Positions 7,725 through 17,776 of a DNA stretch of 64,000 nt are shown here, piece after piece. How positions within the stretch are numbered: position 1 is the stretch's first letter; every line of letters begins with the position of its first letter. The position numbers and the translations under genes are program-made. Origin of the DNA: a virus; IMG/VR virus record IMGVR_UViG_3300025697_000013, positions 22,904 through 86,903 of that record; one strand, given 5' to 3'. Below the pieces are notes generated by a model, which was not told the DNA's origin, did no database searches, and worked only from the letters and a program-made list of their open reading frames with translations.

Positions 7725-9928
7725 AGCGCCACTCCATCGGCCGCGTCGAACAACCCCTGGGGCTTCGGGCTCTGGAGCCGGGTCACGAGATTGGTGTTTC
7801 GCTCGACCGGCCGGTTGTTGCTGCATGCGCGACCCAGCGCCTTCCGCATCCCGACCACCACCACCCGCCGGCGCCCGCGCGTGATCGCTGTGTAGAAGAG
7901 GTTCCGGGCCAGCATAATGTAGTGGCTCCAGTGGACCACCACGATCACCGCGGGATACTCCGACCCCTGGCTCTTGTGAATCGTAGCGGCGTAGGCCAAC
8001 TGCAAGCTCCATGCCTGGTCCCGCCTGTACTCAACCACCCGCCCGTCGATCTCGACGTCCATCCGGAACGGCTTCTCCTGGAACCCCACCACGGTCCCGA
8101 CGTCCCCGTTGTAGATGTCCAGGTCGTAGTTGTTCCGGATCTGCATCACCTTGTCGCCGACCCGGAAGATGGTCCCGTCCTTGAACTTCATCGCCGCCCG
8201 GCCGCCCTTGTTTAGCCGTCCCTGCAGGAGGGCATTGAGGCCCTGTGTTCCGATGTCCCCCCTCCGCATCGGGGTCAGGATCTGCACGTCACGGATCGGG
8301 TCGAAGCCCTCATCCTTGAGTTGGCGTAACGCGGTGAGGATCTGTACCTGCGCAGCAGACTGGTTTTCGTCCGTCTCGAGGAAGCTCATGTCCCACCGCT
8401 GTCCGTCCTCGGGCTCCCAGGCGAGCTTCTCCTCCGCCTGCACCCGGTGGGCGTTCGCGATGATCATGCTCCCCGCCGCCTGCCGGTAGATCACGTCGAG
8501 CCGAATCACCGGGACGACCCCCGAGTCGATCGTGTCTCGCAGCACAGCGCCGGGCCCGACGCTGGGGAGCTGGTCCACGTCACCCACCAGGACCAGCCGG
8601 TTCTCCGTGGTGAGAGCGTCCACCAGCCGATAGGCGAGGTTGATATCCATCATCGAAACCTCGTCGACGATGACCATGCCGCTCGGGAGGGGGGAATCCC
8701 TGTTGACCCGCCAGCCCTCGTCGGGGTGGTACTCGAGCAGCCGGTGGATCGTCCTGGTATCCCACCCGGTCGACTCCTGCATCCGCTTCGCTGCGCGGCC
8801 CGTCGGCGCGGCCATGAGGACCCCAACACGCTGCGCCTGGAGCACGTAGAGGATCGCCTTGACTAGAGTGGTCTTCCCTGTCCCGGGCCCGCCGGTCACC
8901 ACGACGACCCGCTTCATCGACGCCTGCACCACCGCCGACCATTGGGTATCCGAGAGTTCAAACCCGAGGTGCCCCTCGACCTCCTGCCTGTTCGGACCGC
9001 GGACACCTTCGATCGGGAGCCTCGCCATCGCAGCCAGGGTCGAACCCACCTTGCTCTCCGCGTGGTAGAGCGTGGTCAGGTAGACGCCGGTGGTTCCCGT
9101 GTCGAGGTCGCCCTCCACCTTGATCTTCGCGGTCCGGGCCATCGACCGCAGCGCCTCATCCACGTTCTCGACCGGCACCCCCAGGAGCCTGCATGCGTCC
9201 TGGTGGAGCTTGCTGACCGTCAGGAAGCAATGCCCGTTCTTCGTGGCCTCGCCAAGGACGAACTCGACCCCTGCCTGCACCCGGAACGGGGATGTCGTCG
9301 GGATCCCCATCCGCCTGGCCACCGCGTCCGCTCGCTTGAATCCGATCCCGTCGATCATCGTCAGCAGGTATGGATTCGTCTTCACCAGGTCGACGGTGGT
9401 GTCGCCGTAGCGCATGAAGACCCGCGCTGCGTATGCAGCCGAGATCCCGACCTTGAAGAGAAACACCATCACGTCCTTGATCCGGCGCTGCTTCTTCCAA
9501 GCCTCGGAGATCGCTGCCGCCCTCTTCGGGCCGATCCCTTCGACCGTCCGGAGGCGCTCTGGATGCTCCTCGATCACGTCGAGAGTCTGCAGCCCGAAGG
9601 CATTGACGATCCGCCCGGCCATCACGGGGCCGATCTCTGCGACCATCCCCGAGGACAGGTACTTGGTGATCGCCTGGATACCCTGGGGCTCTGTGACCTC
9701 GAAGTCGGTGACCTGGAGGTCTCGACCGCCGAAGCGTTCGTTGTCTTTCCACGTCCCCTGCGCGCTGATCCGCTCACCGGGTAGGACCCCCGGCAGCTTG
9801 CCCACGATCTTCTCCTCGCGCCCACCGCCCACGTCCACGCGGGCCACGGTGAAGTGGCTCTCCTCGTCCCTGTAAATAAAATCGAGGATCGTTCCTTCGA
9901 CCTCGCCCTTCTCGCCCCGCTCAACCAT
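7721..9928 (-). CDS. recD2: RecD2-like SF1B helicase
   Basis: HhH repeats, GGPGTGKTT, IVDEVSM, GDVDQLPSVGPG, YAATIHKSQGSEY, YTAITRG. Confidence 0.96.
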   Translation of the reverse strand: MVERGEKGEVEGTILDFIYRDEESHFTVARVDVGGGREEKIVGKLPGVLPGERISAQGTWKDNERFGGRDLQVTDFEVTEPQGIQAITKYLSSGMVAEIGPVMAGRIVNAFGLQTLDVIEEHPERLRTVEGIGPKRAAAISEAWKKQRRIKDVMVFLFKVGISAAYAARVFMRYGDTTVDLVKTNPYLLTMIDGIGFKRADAVARRMGIPTTSPFRVQAGVEFVLGEATKNGHCFLTVSKLHQDACRLLGVPVENVDEALRSMARTAKIKVEGDLDTGTTGVYLTTLYHAESKVGSTLAAMARLPIEGVRGPNRQEVEGHLGFELSDTQWSAVVQASMKRVVVVTGGPGTGKTTLVKAILYVLQAQRVGVLMAAPTGRAAKRMQESTGWDTRTIHRLLEYHPDEGWRVNRDSPLPSGMVIVDEVSMMDINLAYRLVDALTTENRLVLVGDVDQLPSVGPGAVLRDTIDSGVVPVIRLDVIYRQAAGSMIIANAHRVQAEEKLAWEPEDGQRWDMSFLETDENQSAAQVQILTALRQLKDEGFDPIRDVQILTPMRRGDIGTQGLNALLQGRLNKGGRAAMKFKDGTIFRVGDKVMQIRNNYDLDIYNGDVGTVVGFQEKPFRMDVEIDGRVVEYRRDQAWSLQLAYAATIHKSQGSEYPAVIVVVHWSHYIMLARNLFYTAITRGRRRVVVVGMRKALGRACSNNRPVERNTNLVTRLQSPKPQGLFDAADGVAL

Positions 9929-9942
9929 TGTAGCCTCCTGCT

Positions 9943-11793
9943 TTATTCCAGCCCCGCGAAGTGGTCCTTTTCGGTGGGGAGCTCGCTTCCCTTCCCGCCA
10001 CTACTGAGAGGGAGTTGATCCGTACCATCTCCCTTCTTCTTCTTCCGCTTTGCCCGCGCTGCCTCGATTGAAGCCGCCTTCATCTCGTCCTCGGTCAGCA
10101 CCCGATAGGTCGTGGTCCTGGTATCGAAGTCCCAGAAGATCCGACCCTCCTGCCCGGCGTCGCTCCGAACCTTCCAGACCACACCGAGCACCACTGTCTT
10201 CGGGACACCTGCCGGCATGCCCATGGAACGAGTGCTGGCCTTCGTGTCGGTCACGCGCGGCCGCCAGATTGTGATCCCGTTGTCGATCAGCTTCTCAATA
10301 TCGGAGCTTCCCTTCAGGTCGTTCATTGAGACAATCGGATTCGATTCCTTGAGCGCGTGGGGGTGATGGATCAGGACGATATGTACCCCCGTCATCTGCG
10401 TAATCTCTTTCAGATCCTGGCACACCCGCTCGATCTCATATCGCTCGTGCTCCGGCCTCGCCGTCTTCACGAACCACCCAAGATTGTCGAGCACGATCAT
10501 GTATGGACCGAAGCGATTGATCGCCAGGTAGATCAGGTCCTTCAAAACGTCCCACTCGATGCGGCCATGGACATCGAAGAATTTCAGCGGCAGACGTTCG
10601 ATCTGCGCCACCCCGTTCCGGATGTCCTCCTCAGTCCACTCGTCGAGATTCCGCTCGGTGACCTCCATCACCATCTTGTCCATGATGCTCTCGGGACCAT
10701 TCTCGAAGGATCCAATCACCACAGGGAATCCAGCCCGGGCAAGGTTCAGCGGGACACTTTTCATCCACGTCGTCTTCCCACCGCCGGTGCCGCCAGTAAC
10801 GATGGTAAACTCGTGCCGGCGCCATCCACCGAAAACGAGATCCAGGTTCGCCCAGCCGGTCGACACCCCGCGGCGACCCTCTGGGCGCTTGAGCCGCTCG
10901 AGCATCCGTGGCAGGTATTCCTCTGGGCTGGCGATCCGGTGGTCCAGGAGGCCGCGGGCGGCGCGGACAGCGTCGATTATTCCACTGCCAGGCACCCCGG
11001 CAGCCATGGTCATCAGGGGGCTGGTTTCGCTGTCGACAATGCGACACCGGTGTGCCCCAAGACGCTCCGCCAACTCCCGGGCCCGGTCGTATTGGAACCC
11101 CAGGATCGCGATGTCTTTGCACACGGCGAGCAGCTCCATCGCCTTCGCCTTCGGGGTTGAATTCGAAAGCGCCACCCCGACACCCACCCGCTGGATGTGG
11201 AGCGCTATGGCGTCTAGCTCGGTCGGCACCAGGATCACCTTCTCGAGGCTGCCACCGCCGGGGACGTAGAGGTAGTCCCCCTTCACCGCAGCACCACGCT
11301 TCGCCAGATCCTCGATGAGCAAGAAGCAGATATTGATCAGCTCCTGGCCTCGGTTCACCGGGATAGCCACAGACAGCTTTCCGCCCTTCTCCATTGCCCC
11401 GAGCCCGAACCTACTCCAGTCATCCTGCTCGATCCCATGCCCAGCAAGGAACACCCGCACGTCCTCGAACCGCTCGCCGATCAGCAGGGCCTGCTGGTAG
11501 GTCGCCAGCATTTGTCCACTGGGACGACTGGTCTTCGTCTGCTGACCGCCATCGGAAAGCAGGGCAGAGAGATCACCCATGATGTGGAAGAGTCTCGCAA
11601 TCGACGAACGATCCCCCTCCTCGCCATCGCCGCAGCCATTGCAGCGATAAGTCGAGCTGTGGAAATCGACCACAAGGGGACCGGGACCATCGCAGAGAGG
11701 GCAGGGAGAAATCACGACCTTCGACGGCTCATCGGAATCCTGGACCTTCCACGACTTCCGCTTCGCGTACTGCAAGAATTTGGTCTTGTCCAC
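9943..11793 (-). CDS. T7 gp4/Twinkle-like primase-helicase (TOPRIM degenerate)
   Basis: CPLC...CNGC zinc motif; GGTGGGKTT, GSFE, LDNL, IHHP, DLKGSS SF4 motifs. Confidence 0.9.
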   Translation of the reverse strand: MDKTKFLQYAKRKSWKVQDSDEPSKVVISPCPLCDGPGPLVVDFHSSTYRCNGCGDGEEGDRSSIARLFHIMGDLSALLSDGGQQTKTSRPSGQMLATYQQALLIGERFEDVRVFLAGHGIEQDDWSRFGLGAMEKGGKLSVAIPVNRGQELINICFLLIEDLAKRGAAVKGDYLYVPGGGSLEKVILVPTELDAIALHIQRVGVGVALSNSTPKAKAMELLAVCKDIAILGFQYDRARELAERLGAHRCRIVDSETSPLMTMAAGVPGSGIIDAVRAARGLLDHRIASPEEYLPRMLERLKRPEGRRGVSTGWANLDLVFGGWRRHEFTIVTGGTGGGKTTWMKSVPLNLARAGFPVVIGSFENGPESIMDKMVMEVTERNLDEWTEEDIRNGVAQIERLPLKFFDVHGRIEWDVLKDLIYLAINRFGPYMIVLDNLGWFVKTARPEHERYEIERVCQDLKEITQMTGVHIVLIHHPHALKESNPIVSMNDLKGSSDIEKLIDNGITIWRPRVTDTKASTRSMGMPAGVPKTVVLGVVWKVRSDAGQEGRIFWDFDTRTTTYRVLTEDEMKAASIEAARAKRKKKKGDGTDQLPLSSGGKGSELPTEKDHFAGLE

Positions 11794-11796
11794 GTG

Positions 11797-12666
11797 CTAC
11801 TCGTCCCCGTCTTGGAAAATTCCAGCCAGGATACCCTCGCCGCTCTGGTGGTCGGACTCATCGGTGTCAGCACCGGGCATGGGCGCCCCAGCGTCGTGGG
11901 CCTTCTTCGCCCTGACGAATTTATCCAGGAAGTCGTCCACCCTCGAGGCGTCCTTGAAGATGAAAACCAAATCATTGTACGCGGTCTTCCGGTCGTTGGC
12001 TCCCTGGTGCCATGCCGAATGCAGATTCCCAATGATGGCCCGCTTGCACGCCTTCACATCGTAGCCATCTCGGAGTTGCTGCCGGATCGCATTGCGCCTT
12101 GCGGCAGAGAATACATACTGCCCCGTCTTCTGGAATGCCTGGCAGTAGAAGCCGTAGACCTCCTGGAGGGCCGCCTCCTCTGCCTCCTGCGCCTGGGTCT
12201 TCCGCTCTGCCGCCTTCCGGTCTCCACTCGGCACAGACGGCTCTGCGCCCAGGAGGTCTTTCTTTGCAGCAGCCTGTGGCGGAGGACCCTCCGCCCTCAA
12301 GCGCGAGCGTCGCTGCGAGCGGGCCTCCTGGATCGCCTCGGGGGGATCGGGGCACTTCGGCGGACCAGGGCGGTCAACGCTCTGCTCGGTGCTCCAGTGG
12401 ATGAAGACCGCGTAGATCGCTACGCCGTGCTCGTAGGTGAGCACCTGACCCGCAGCCACGAGGCTGGCCATCATCCCATCGACCTCGCTCACCGCCACCC
12501 CGGGGAAACTCAGGCAGGTACTGATATACATCGGATTCCAGAGGATCCTGCCATCGTCGTCCGCATAACACTGCAGAGTCCAGTAGGCATGCCTGGTCTC
12601 AATGGGGAGCCCGCCGAACAGCGGATCCCGCTGGGCCTTGCCGGCCCATATCGTTCGCTTCCTCAC
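11797..12666 (-). CDS. phage replication initiator / replisome organiser
   Basis: MRKRTI...YADDDGR...W..EQSVDRP..KCP.PP N-terminal domain; directly upstream of the helicase. Confidence 0.75.
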   Translation of the reverse strand: MRKRTIWAGKAQRDPLFGGLPIETRHAYWTLQCYADDDGRILWNPMYISTCLSFPGVAVSEVDGMMASLVAAGQVLTYEHGVAIYAVFIHWSTEQSVDRPGPPKCPDPPEAIQEARSQRRSRLRAEGPPPQAAAKKDLLGAEPSVPSGDRKAAERKTQAQEAEEAALQEVYGFYCQAFQKTGQYVFSAARRNAIRQQLRDGYDVKACKRAIIGNLHSAWHQGANDRKTAYNDLVFIFKDASRVDDFLDKFVRAKKAHDAGAPMPGADTDESDHQSGEGILAGIFQDGDE

Positions 12667-15290
12667 GCCACCCTCCTCTTGATTGCTTCGGCTGTCGGCA
12701 TGGAATCGATCGCTCCGTCATCGTCGAAGGCAATGATCCAGTCGGCATGCTCCCAGATCTCCCGCTGGTGTGAGACCATCACCATGTGACGGATCCCGCC
12801 GATGCGCATAGCCGCCCGCTTTCGCTCAACATATCTGGCCGCGTTGTCCCTGTGGAGAGCACCGGTCGGCTCATCCCCCCACAGGGTGAGGATCGGATCA
12901 GTGCGGCGTTCGTTGGCTACGATGGTCAGGGCCTCCCGCAGCGCGTCGGCGATGAACACCTCCTCGCCGCCGCTGGTGTTTCGGATGTCCTGCCGGATCC
13001 CGAGCTTCCCGTCGAGGACATCGATGGAGAAAACGTCCTTGTATGGGTCCTCGCCCGCCTTCGTCGACCGGCGTAGTTTGGCGGTAATGATCTCGATCCG
13101 GAATCTGGTGCCGAGTGTTTCTGCCAGGAGCTGGTTCGCCACCTCGGCCACCCGCGGACCCGCAGCGTCGATCTCCAGAATCTGAATGCCGTTACGGCCG
13201 AGGGCCTGTGCCAGCGTTGCCCACACCCCGATCTCGGTCGACAGCCGTTGGCTTCTATCTTGAAGGCCCGCACGCTTCGCATCGAGGTCCCCGAAGGTGG
13301 CAAGCACAGCCTCCTTCCGGTCGATGGTGGTCTGGTAGTCCCGCGCCTCCCCGTCTGCCGTGTCAACGGCTCCCTGGGCCTCCACGCTGGCATGCTCTGC
13401 CATGGATAGGTCGTCCGCGATATCCGTGCCGGGGTCGGGGGCCTCGGCCAACTCCGTGCGAAGCCCATCGATCTCGGCACGCAGCTCCGCGGTGCGGGAC
13501 TCCTTCTCCTCCTTGCGCACCTCGAGGCCACCGAGTTTATCGGCCCCGGTGGCGCGTTTCTTCGCTTCCTCCAGGTCGGCGGCGATGCCCTGTCCGCTGG
13601 TCAGGATCCCGGCCAGCTTGTCATCCTGCCCGGGAACCGCTGCCTCTACCTCGACCCGGGCCTCCTCTACCTCTGCGAGCTTGGCCTGAGCCTCGGTCAG
13701 CGCATCGCTCTTCTCTGCCGCCTGGTCGACCTTCCGTTGCAGATCGTCGATCTGCCGTTGCTTCCCGTTGCGGTCTTCGAGGCTGGCACGCTTCTCTGTG
13801 AGGATCCGCTTTGCCTCTGTCCGACTCGACACCGAATCCCGGTGGACATCGTCGGCAGCACCGAACGCCTCCAGTTCTGCCTTGAGCCGATCCACCTCCA
13901 CTTCAATGGCCGGCAATGATTCGGCTGCCTCGCCGGCGCGCACCAGGAACTGGCAGGAAGCGAAGTCGTCCTTCCCTTCGCATGGCACCTCGCCGAGGGT
14001 CTTGGAATCCAACTCCGCAGCCTCGAGCCGGCCAACCGCGGCCTCGAGGTCCCGCTGGGTCTCGGCAGCCGCGTGCTTCGCTGTGAGCGCCGCTTCCTCT
14101 GCCTCTTGCTTCGAAACGAGGAAGACCTCTGCCTCCTGCACTGCCGCCTTCAGGACCTCCAACTCGGGGAGGTCTCCGAACTCGTCTGCGAGCCGCTTTG
14201 CAGCGGCCACCCCCGCTGCAGCGGTGGTCTTCGACTCCCGGACCCGTTCGGTCTGGATGTTGACCTGCGACCGCGCCGCCGTGCGCTGATCCTTCAAGCG
14301 CTCGAGGACGCCATTCTCCCGCTGGTACTCCACCCGCAGGTCTGCCCGTCGTGCATCGAGAGCCTTGACCTCCTTTGCCGCTGCCCGCAAATCATCAGCG
14401 CTCTCAAGAGCCGTCCCGATTTGGACGAGGTCGTTCTCGACAGCTTCGAGATCCACCTCGCGCCCGGCCAAGCGATCACGCTTCTCCCTGACCGCAGCGG
14501 CCCGCGCCGACTCCGCCGCGTTCTGCTCGCGCAGAGCATCCCGCTGCTGGATCGCATCGGAGAGCGTGGCCTTCGCATCCCGCAGCCTGGCAGTGGCATC
14601 CTCAAGCCCCATACGTGCCCCGCTCAACTCGTCGGTGAGCCGGCCAGCCTCCTCCATCCTTGCCTGGCTGGAATCGAGCGCTTCGGAAAAGCGGTTCACC
14701 AGAGGGGCCAGCAATGCCACTCCATCCCCGGCGGTCTTCGCCATCGCTTGCAGGTGACCGATCCCCAGCATCTCCGTGAAGAGTGCCGAGCGGTCAGCCT
14801 TGCCGAGGGTCTGGAACTGGCCCACCCCGTTCAGCATCCCGGGCTTCTGGACAGCGAACCAATTGGAGTAGAACATCGCTCGGGACACTATGTTTTCGCG
14901 GATCCATGCGTCGTAGGGGCCGGTCTTTCCACCCTCGGTGTCACCGACCAGGACCCCGTTCTTGTGGACGTAGCACTCCTGCTTCCCCTTCCCTTTGGCC
15001 GTTCCCTTGTCGCCGCGGAGGGTCAACCGCACCTGGTCCCCGGCGCCAGTCTCGAACTCCACCTCGAGGACCGCATCCCGGCTGTTGACGAGGTCGAGGA
15101 ATCCCCCCGGGAGCCTGGTGGGGAACTCCCGGAAGAGGGCAGCAGGCGCAGTCGCCTCCAGGAGGGTGGTCTTGCCTGCGCCGTTCGGTCCCACGAAGCA
15201 GACCAGACCGTCCGGGATCGCCGAGAAGTCGATGGTGCGCTCTCCCCGGAACCGTCCGAGGTCCTTCAAGTGGACTCGTAGCAATCTCAT
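12663..15290 (-). CDS. sbcC: SbcC/Rad50-like SMC ATPase
   Basis: GPNGAGKTT, long coiled coil with central Cys pair, SGGE signature, DEPTGALH, VSH. Confidence 0.92.
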   Translation of the reverse strand: MRLLRVHLKDLGRFRGERTIDFSAIPDGLVCFVGPNGAGKTTLLEATAPAALFREFPTRLPGGFLDLVNSRDAVLEVEFETGAGDQVRLTLRGDKGTAKGKGKQECYVHKNGVLVGDTEGGKTGPYDAWIRENIVSRAMFYSNWFAVQKPGMLNGVGQFQTLGKADRSALFTEMLGIGHLQAMAKTAGDGVALLAPLVNRFSEALDSSQARMEEAGRLTDELSGARMGLEDATARLRDAKATLSDAIQQRDALREQNAAESARAAAVREKRDRLAGREVDLEAVENDLVQIGTALESADDLRAAAKEVKALDARRADLRVEYQRENGVLERLKDQRTAARSQVNIQTERVRESKTTAAAGVAAAKRLADEFGDLPELEVLKAAVQEAEVFLVSKQEAEEAALTAKHAAAETQRDLEAAVGRLEAAELDSKTLGEVPCEGKDDFASCQFLVRAGEAAESLPAIEVEVDRLKAELEAFGAADDVHRDSVSSRTEAKRILTEKRASLEDRNGKQRQIDDLQRKVDQAAEKSDALTEAQAKLAEVEEARVEVEAAVPGQDDKLAGILTSGQGIAADLEEAKKRATGADKLGGLEVRKEEKESRTAELRAEIDGLRTELAEAPDPGTDIADDLSMAEHASVEAQGAVDTADGEARDYQTTIDRKEAVLATFGDLDAKRAGLQDRSQRLSTEIGVWATLAQALGRNGIQILEIDAAGPRVAEVANQLLAETLGTRFRIEIITAKLRRSTKAGEDPYKDVFSIDVLDGKLGIRQDIRNTSGGEEVFIADALREALTIVANERRTDPILTLWGDEPTGALHRDNAARYVERKRAAMRIGGIRHMVMVSHQREIWEHADWIIAFDDDGAIDSMPTAEAIKRRVA

Positions 15291-16555
15291 ATCAGCCCCT
15301 CCTCCAACTCGGCGATCCTCCCCGAGATGTATTCGAGAACCTCAGAGGGCTCCCTGGTCTCCAGCATGTCCAGAGCCGCGGCCAGCAGCTCGGCGGCCTC
15401 GCCCTCCATCACCTTGCCCTTCTCTTCAAGGTAGACCCGGACCTTGTCAACCAGGCTCGTCACCTCCACGATCTGCGGGGCGCGGACCTTCACCTCCGAG
15501 AGCGGGGTTGGTTCGAGCTTCACCGCGAGAGCACCAAGCGCCAGGACCCGGTCCCGAATCGCACGCCGGTCGAAGGCCTCGGCCAGCGCCTCCTGGTAGT
15601 AGACTCGGATCCGGACCTCAGCGCCCGACACCACCTCGGCCACGTCGTCCTCCCCGATGTTCCCGGTGACCCAGAGAGCGTCGTCTGTGGCGGTCTCGTC
15701 GAGGTAGTAGCCAGGGCCGCTCTCGCTGTCCAGGAACCAGAGATCCACCGTCCGGAGTGGCCGGTACGGGGTGTCCACCGTCACTGTCTTGATGGGGTCG
15801 CCAGTCTCCCGGTCCACCTCGTGGATGCAGATCACCCTGGGCGCGACCGCCCCGTGCTTGTGCTGCATCGGGGCCCCGGCGAACACCATCTTGGATCCAG
15901 TCGCATCCAGGATCTGGTGCTTGTGGATGTGCCCCAGGCACCAGAGTGGTGCGATGGGTGCGAGGTCCTCCACGCCCAGCTCGAAGTCGTCGCCGATGAG
16001 GGGCTGCCCGTTGTCGATGGTCGTACCGACGAGGTTGCAGTGAGCGAGCCCCACCCGGAGCTTCCCGCGGCTCTCCATCTCCAGGCCCTGCAGGATCCCG
16101 CGGACGGCGCGCCGCATCACCTCGCTGATGTCGTCCCGCCCCCCCTCGACCTGGTCTGCCAGGGCCCCGCGGTCTGGCCACGGTACGGCGAGGACATGGA
16201 TCTCGACACCGGAACGCGTCATCACGCGGACGGCTTGGGCGCGCTCAATGTAGTGAATGCCCTGATCGCACTCGATGTCGTTCAAAAACTCCCAGTCCAG
16301 ATGGTAATCGTGGTTCCCGCGGACCACCACCACCGGGCACAATTCTGCCAGCCGCTGGAAGTGCATCCGCACGACCTCGCGCTCCCGCGGGGTCGCCCGG
16401 CGCGGGATCTGGTTGGAGAGGTCACCGGCCACCAGGACGAGGTCCACGTCCTCGTGCTTCGCTGTCGCCTCGATGAATTTGAGGACGTGCTCCTGGTCCT
16501 CGAGGCGTGGCCCCTCTGTGATGTGGAGGTCCGCGTAGTGCAGGTACTTCAACAT
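15287..16555 (-). CDS. sbcD: SbcD/Mre11-like metallophosphoesterase nuclease
   Basis: HYADLH, AGD, GNHD, LGHIHKHQ. Confidence 0.93.
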   Translation of the reverse strand: MLKYLHYADLHITEGPRLEDQEHVLKFIEATAKHEDVDLVLVAGDLSNQIPRRATPREREVVRMHFQRLAELCPVVVVRGNHDYHLDWEFLNDIECDQGIHYIERAQAVRVMTRSGVEIHVLAVPWPDRGALADQVEGGRDDISEVMRRAVRGILQGLEMESRGKLRVGLAHCNLVGTTIDNGQPLIGDDFELGVEDLAPIAPLWCLGHIHKHQILDATGSKMVFAGAPMQHKHGAVAPRVICIHEVDRETGDPIKTVTVDTPYRPLRTVDLWFLDSESGPGYYLDETATDDALWVTGNIGEDDVAEVVSGAEVRIRVYYQEALAEAFDRRAIRDRVLALGALAVKLEPTPLSEVKVRAPQIVEVTSLVDKVRVYLEEKGKVMEGEAAELLAAALDMLETREPSEVLEYISGRIAELEEGLI

Positions 16556-16558
16556 GCC

Positions 16559-17773
16559 CTATCCCTCCGTCCCTTGGTGCCGCTCATAGTCGTAGTTGGG
16601 CGAGTCGGGATAGCACTTGCCGCAAAGCCGCACGCCGACCTTGCCCGCCGTCCATCTGGCCTGCTTCTCCGTGACCTCCTCGGTGCATCCGCACGCACAC
16701 TCGCACCGGAGGACGCTGGCCTTCGGGGCGGCCGTGGCAGTGTCACCCGCTGCGTGGGGGGGCGCGGGGCGGCCGTCACCAGCGTCCGGGAAGTCCTGCT
16801 CCCTGGGTGGCGTGGCATCGATGACCCGCCCGGGGGGACCGTCGTCGTCCGGCGCGCTAACGAGGTCCGCATCCTCGTTGGGAGGCGCTTCCGCCTCGTC
16901 GGGAAAAGCCACCGAGTCGACCCCCTGGCGTACCGCTGGGTCCGACGCCCCATGCAGTGCGGGGCGAGCGGGCTGCTCTCCTGTTGCGCGTCCGCCGTCG
17001 TAGAGGAGGTCCGTCATCCCTAGCGCCTTCGCCGCGATCATCCGGTTGATCTCCGGGTCGTCCGGCGGGGAGAAGACCATCTTCATCACCAGGAACGGCT
17101 TCTTCAACTCGGCGGCTCCGTACGAAGTCTTCACCCCGAGGAGGGCACGGATCAGCCGCAGCATCGCCTTCGTCTCAGCCATGGATTCGATGTGCTCCCG
17201 CGTCGCCCACACCCGCTCCCAGGCGTCGACCTTCTTGGATTGGCGTTTGTCCTGCTTCGCGTAGTAGTCCTCCGTCTTCTGCGCGGCCCTATGCATGTTC
17301 CGCACCAGCGGCGACTCGTCTCGCAGGTCTATCTCCTTCGTCCCCATCATCTCTATGGGGGTACCGTCGAACGTCGTCATCTGTCCGACCACTCGGTACC
17401 GGCAGTAGTGTGGATTCAGCCAATCATCCAGGCGCCCGCTCTTCTCCGGGATGAATGTCACACCGGAGGCCGCCGACAGCTTCAGGAGCATGGGCTTCGA
17501 CAGGCCCAGCTCGCCGCCCCCTGGGATCTTGTAAACCCAATTGTCCCGGGGGTCGGTGGACGGCACCGAGACAGCGGTCACCGCGGGGGTGAACATCGCT
17601 GGACACCGTTGCAGCATCGCCGGGGTCACGAGGACGTTGTGTCCCCCCTCCATCCCCTGCTTCACGAGGCTCATGGCCTCGACCACCTCCGCAGGCACCA
17701 CTGCCGTCCGGGTCTGACCAGCGGGCACCATCTCGCGCCCGGGATCCTGGGTTGTCTTCTTGTCGTCGGCCAT
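16559..17773 (-). CDS. conserved phage protein, putative single-strand annealing protein
   Basis: 404 aa; globular N-terminal part, acidic linker, C-terminal CxCxC...CxxC; position before sbcDC (function inferred). Confidence 0.5.
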   Translation of the reverse strand: MADDKKTTQDPGREMVPAGQTRTAVVPAEVVEAMSLVKQGMEGGHNVLVTPAMLQRCPAMFTPAVTAVSVPSTDPRDNWVYKIPGGGELGLSKPMLLKLSAASGVTFIPEKSGRLDDWLNPHYCRYRVVGQMTTFDGTPIEMMGTKEIDLRDESPLVRNMHRAAQKTEDYYAKQDKRQSKKVDAWERVWATREHIESMAETKAMLRLIRALLGVKTSYGAAELKKPFLVMKMVFSPPDDPEINRMIAAKALGMTDLLYDGGRATGEQPARPALHGASDPAVRQGVDSVAFPDEAEAPPNEDADLVSAPDDDGPPGRVIDATPPREQDFPDAGDGRPAPPHAAGDTATAAPKASVLRCECACGCTEEVTEKQARWTAGKVGVRLCGKCYPDSPNYDYERHQGTEG

Positions 17774-17776
17774 GGC

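Noticed and set aside
7725-8012. N-terminal extension of the C5 MTase shown in the ORF track
   Set aside because: Overlaps the conserved 3' end of recD2; motif I begins right after the GTG at 7724
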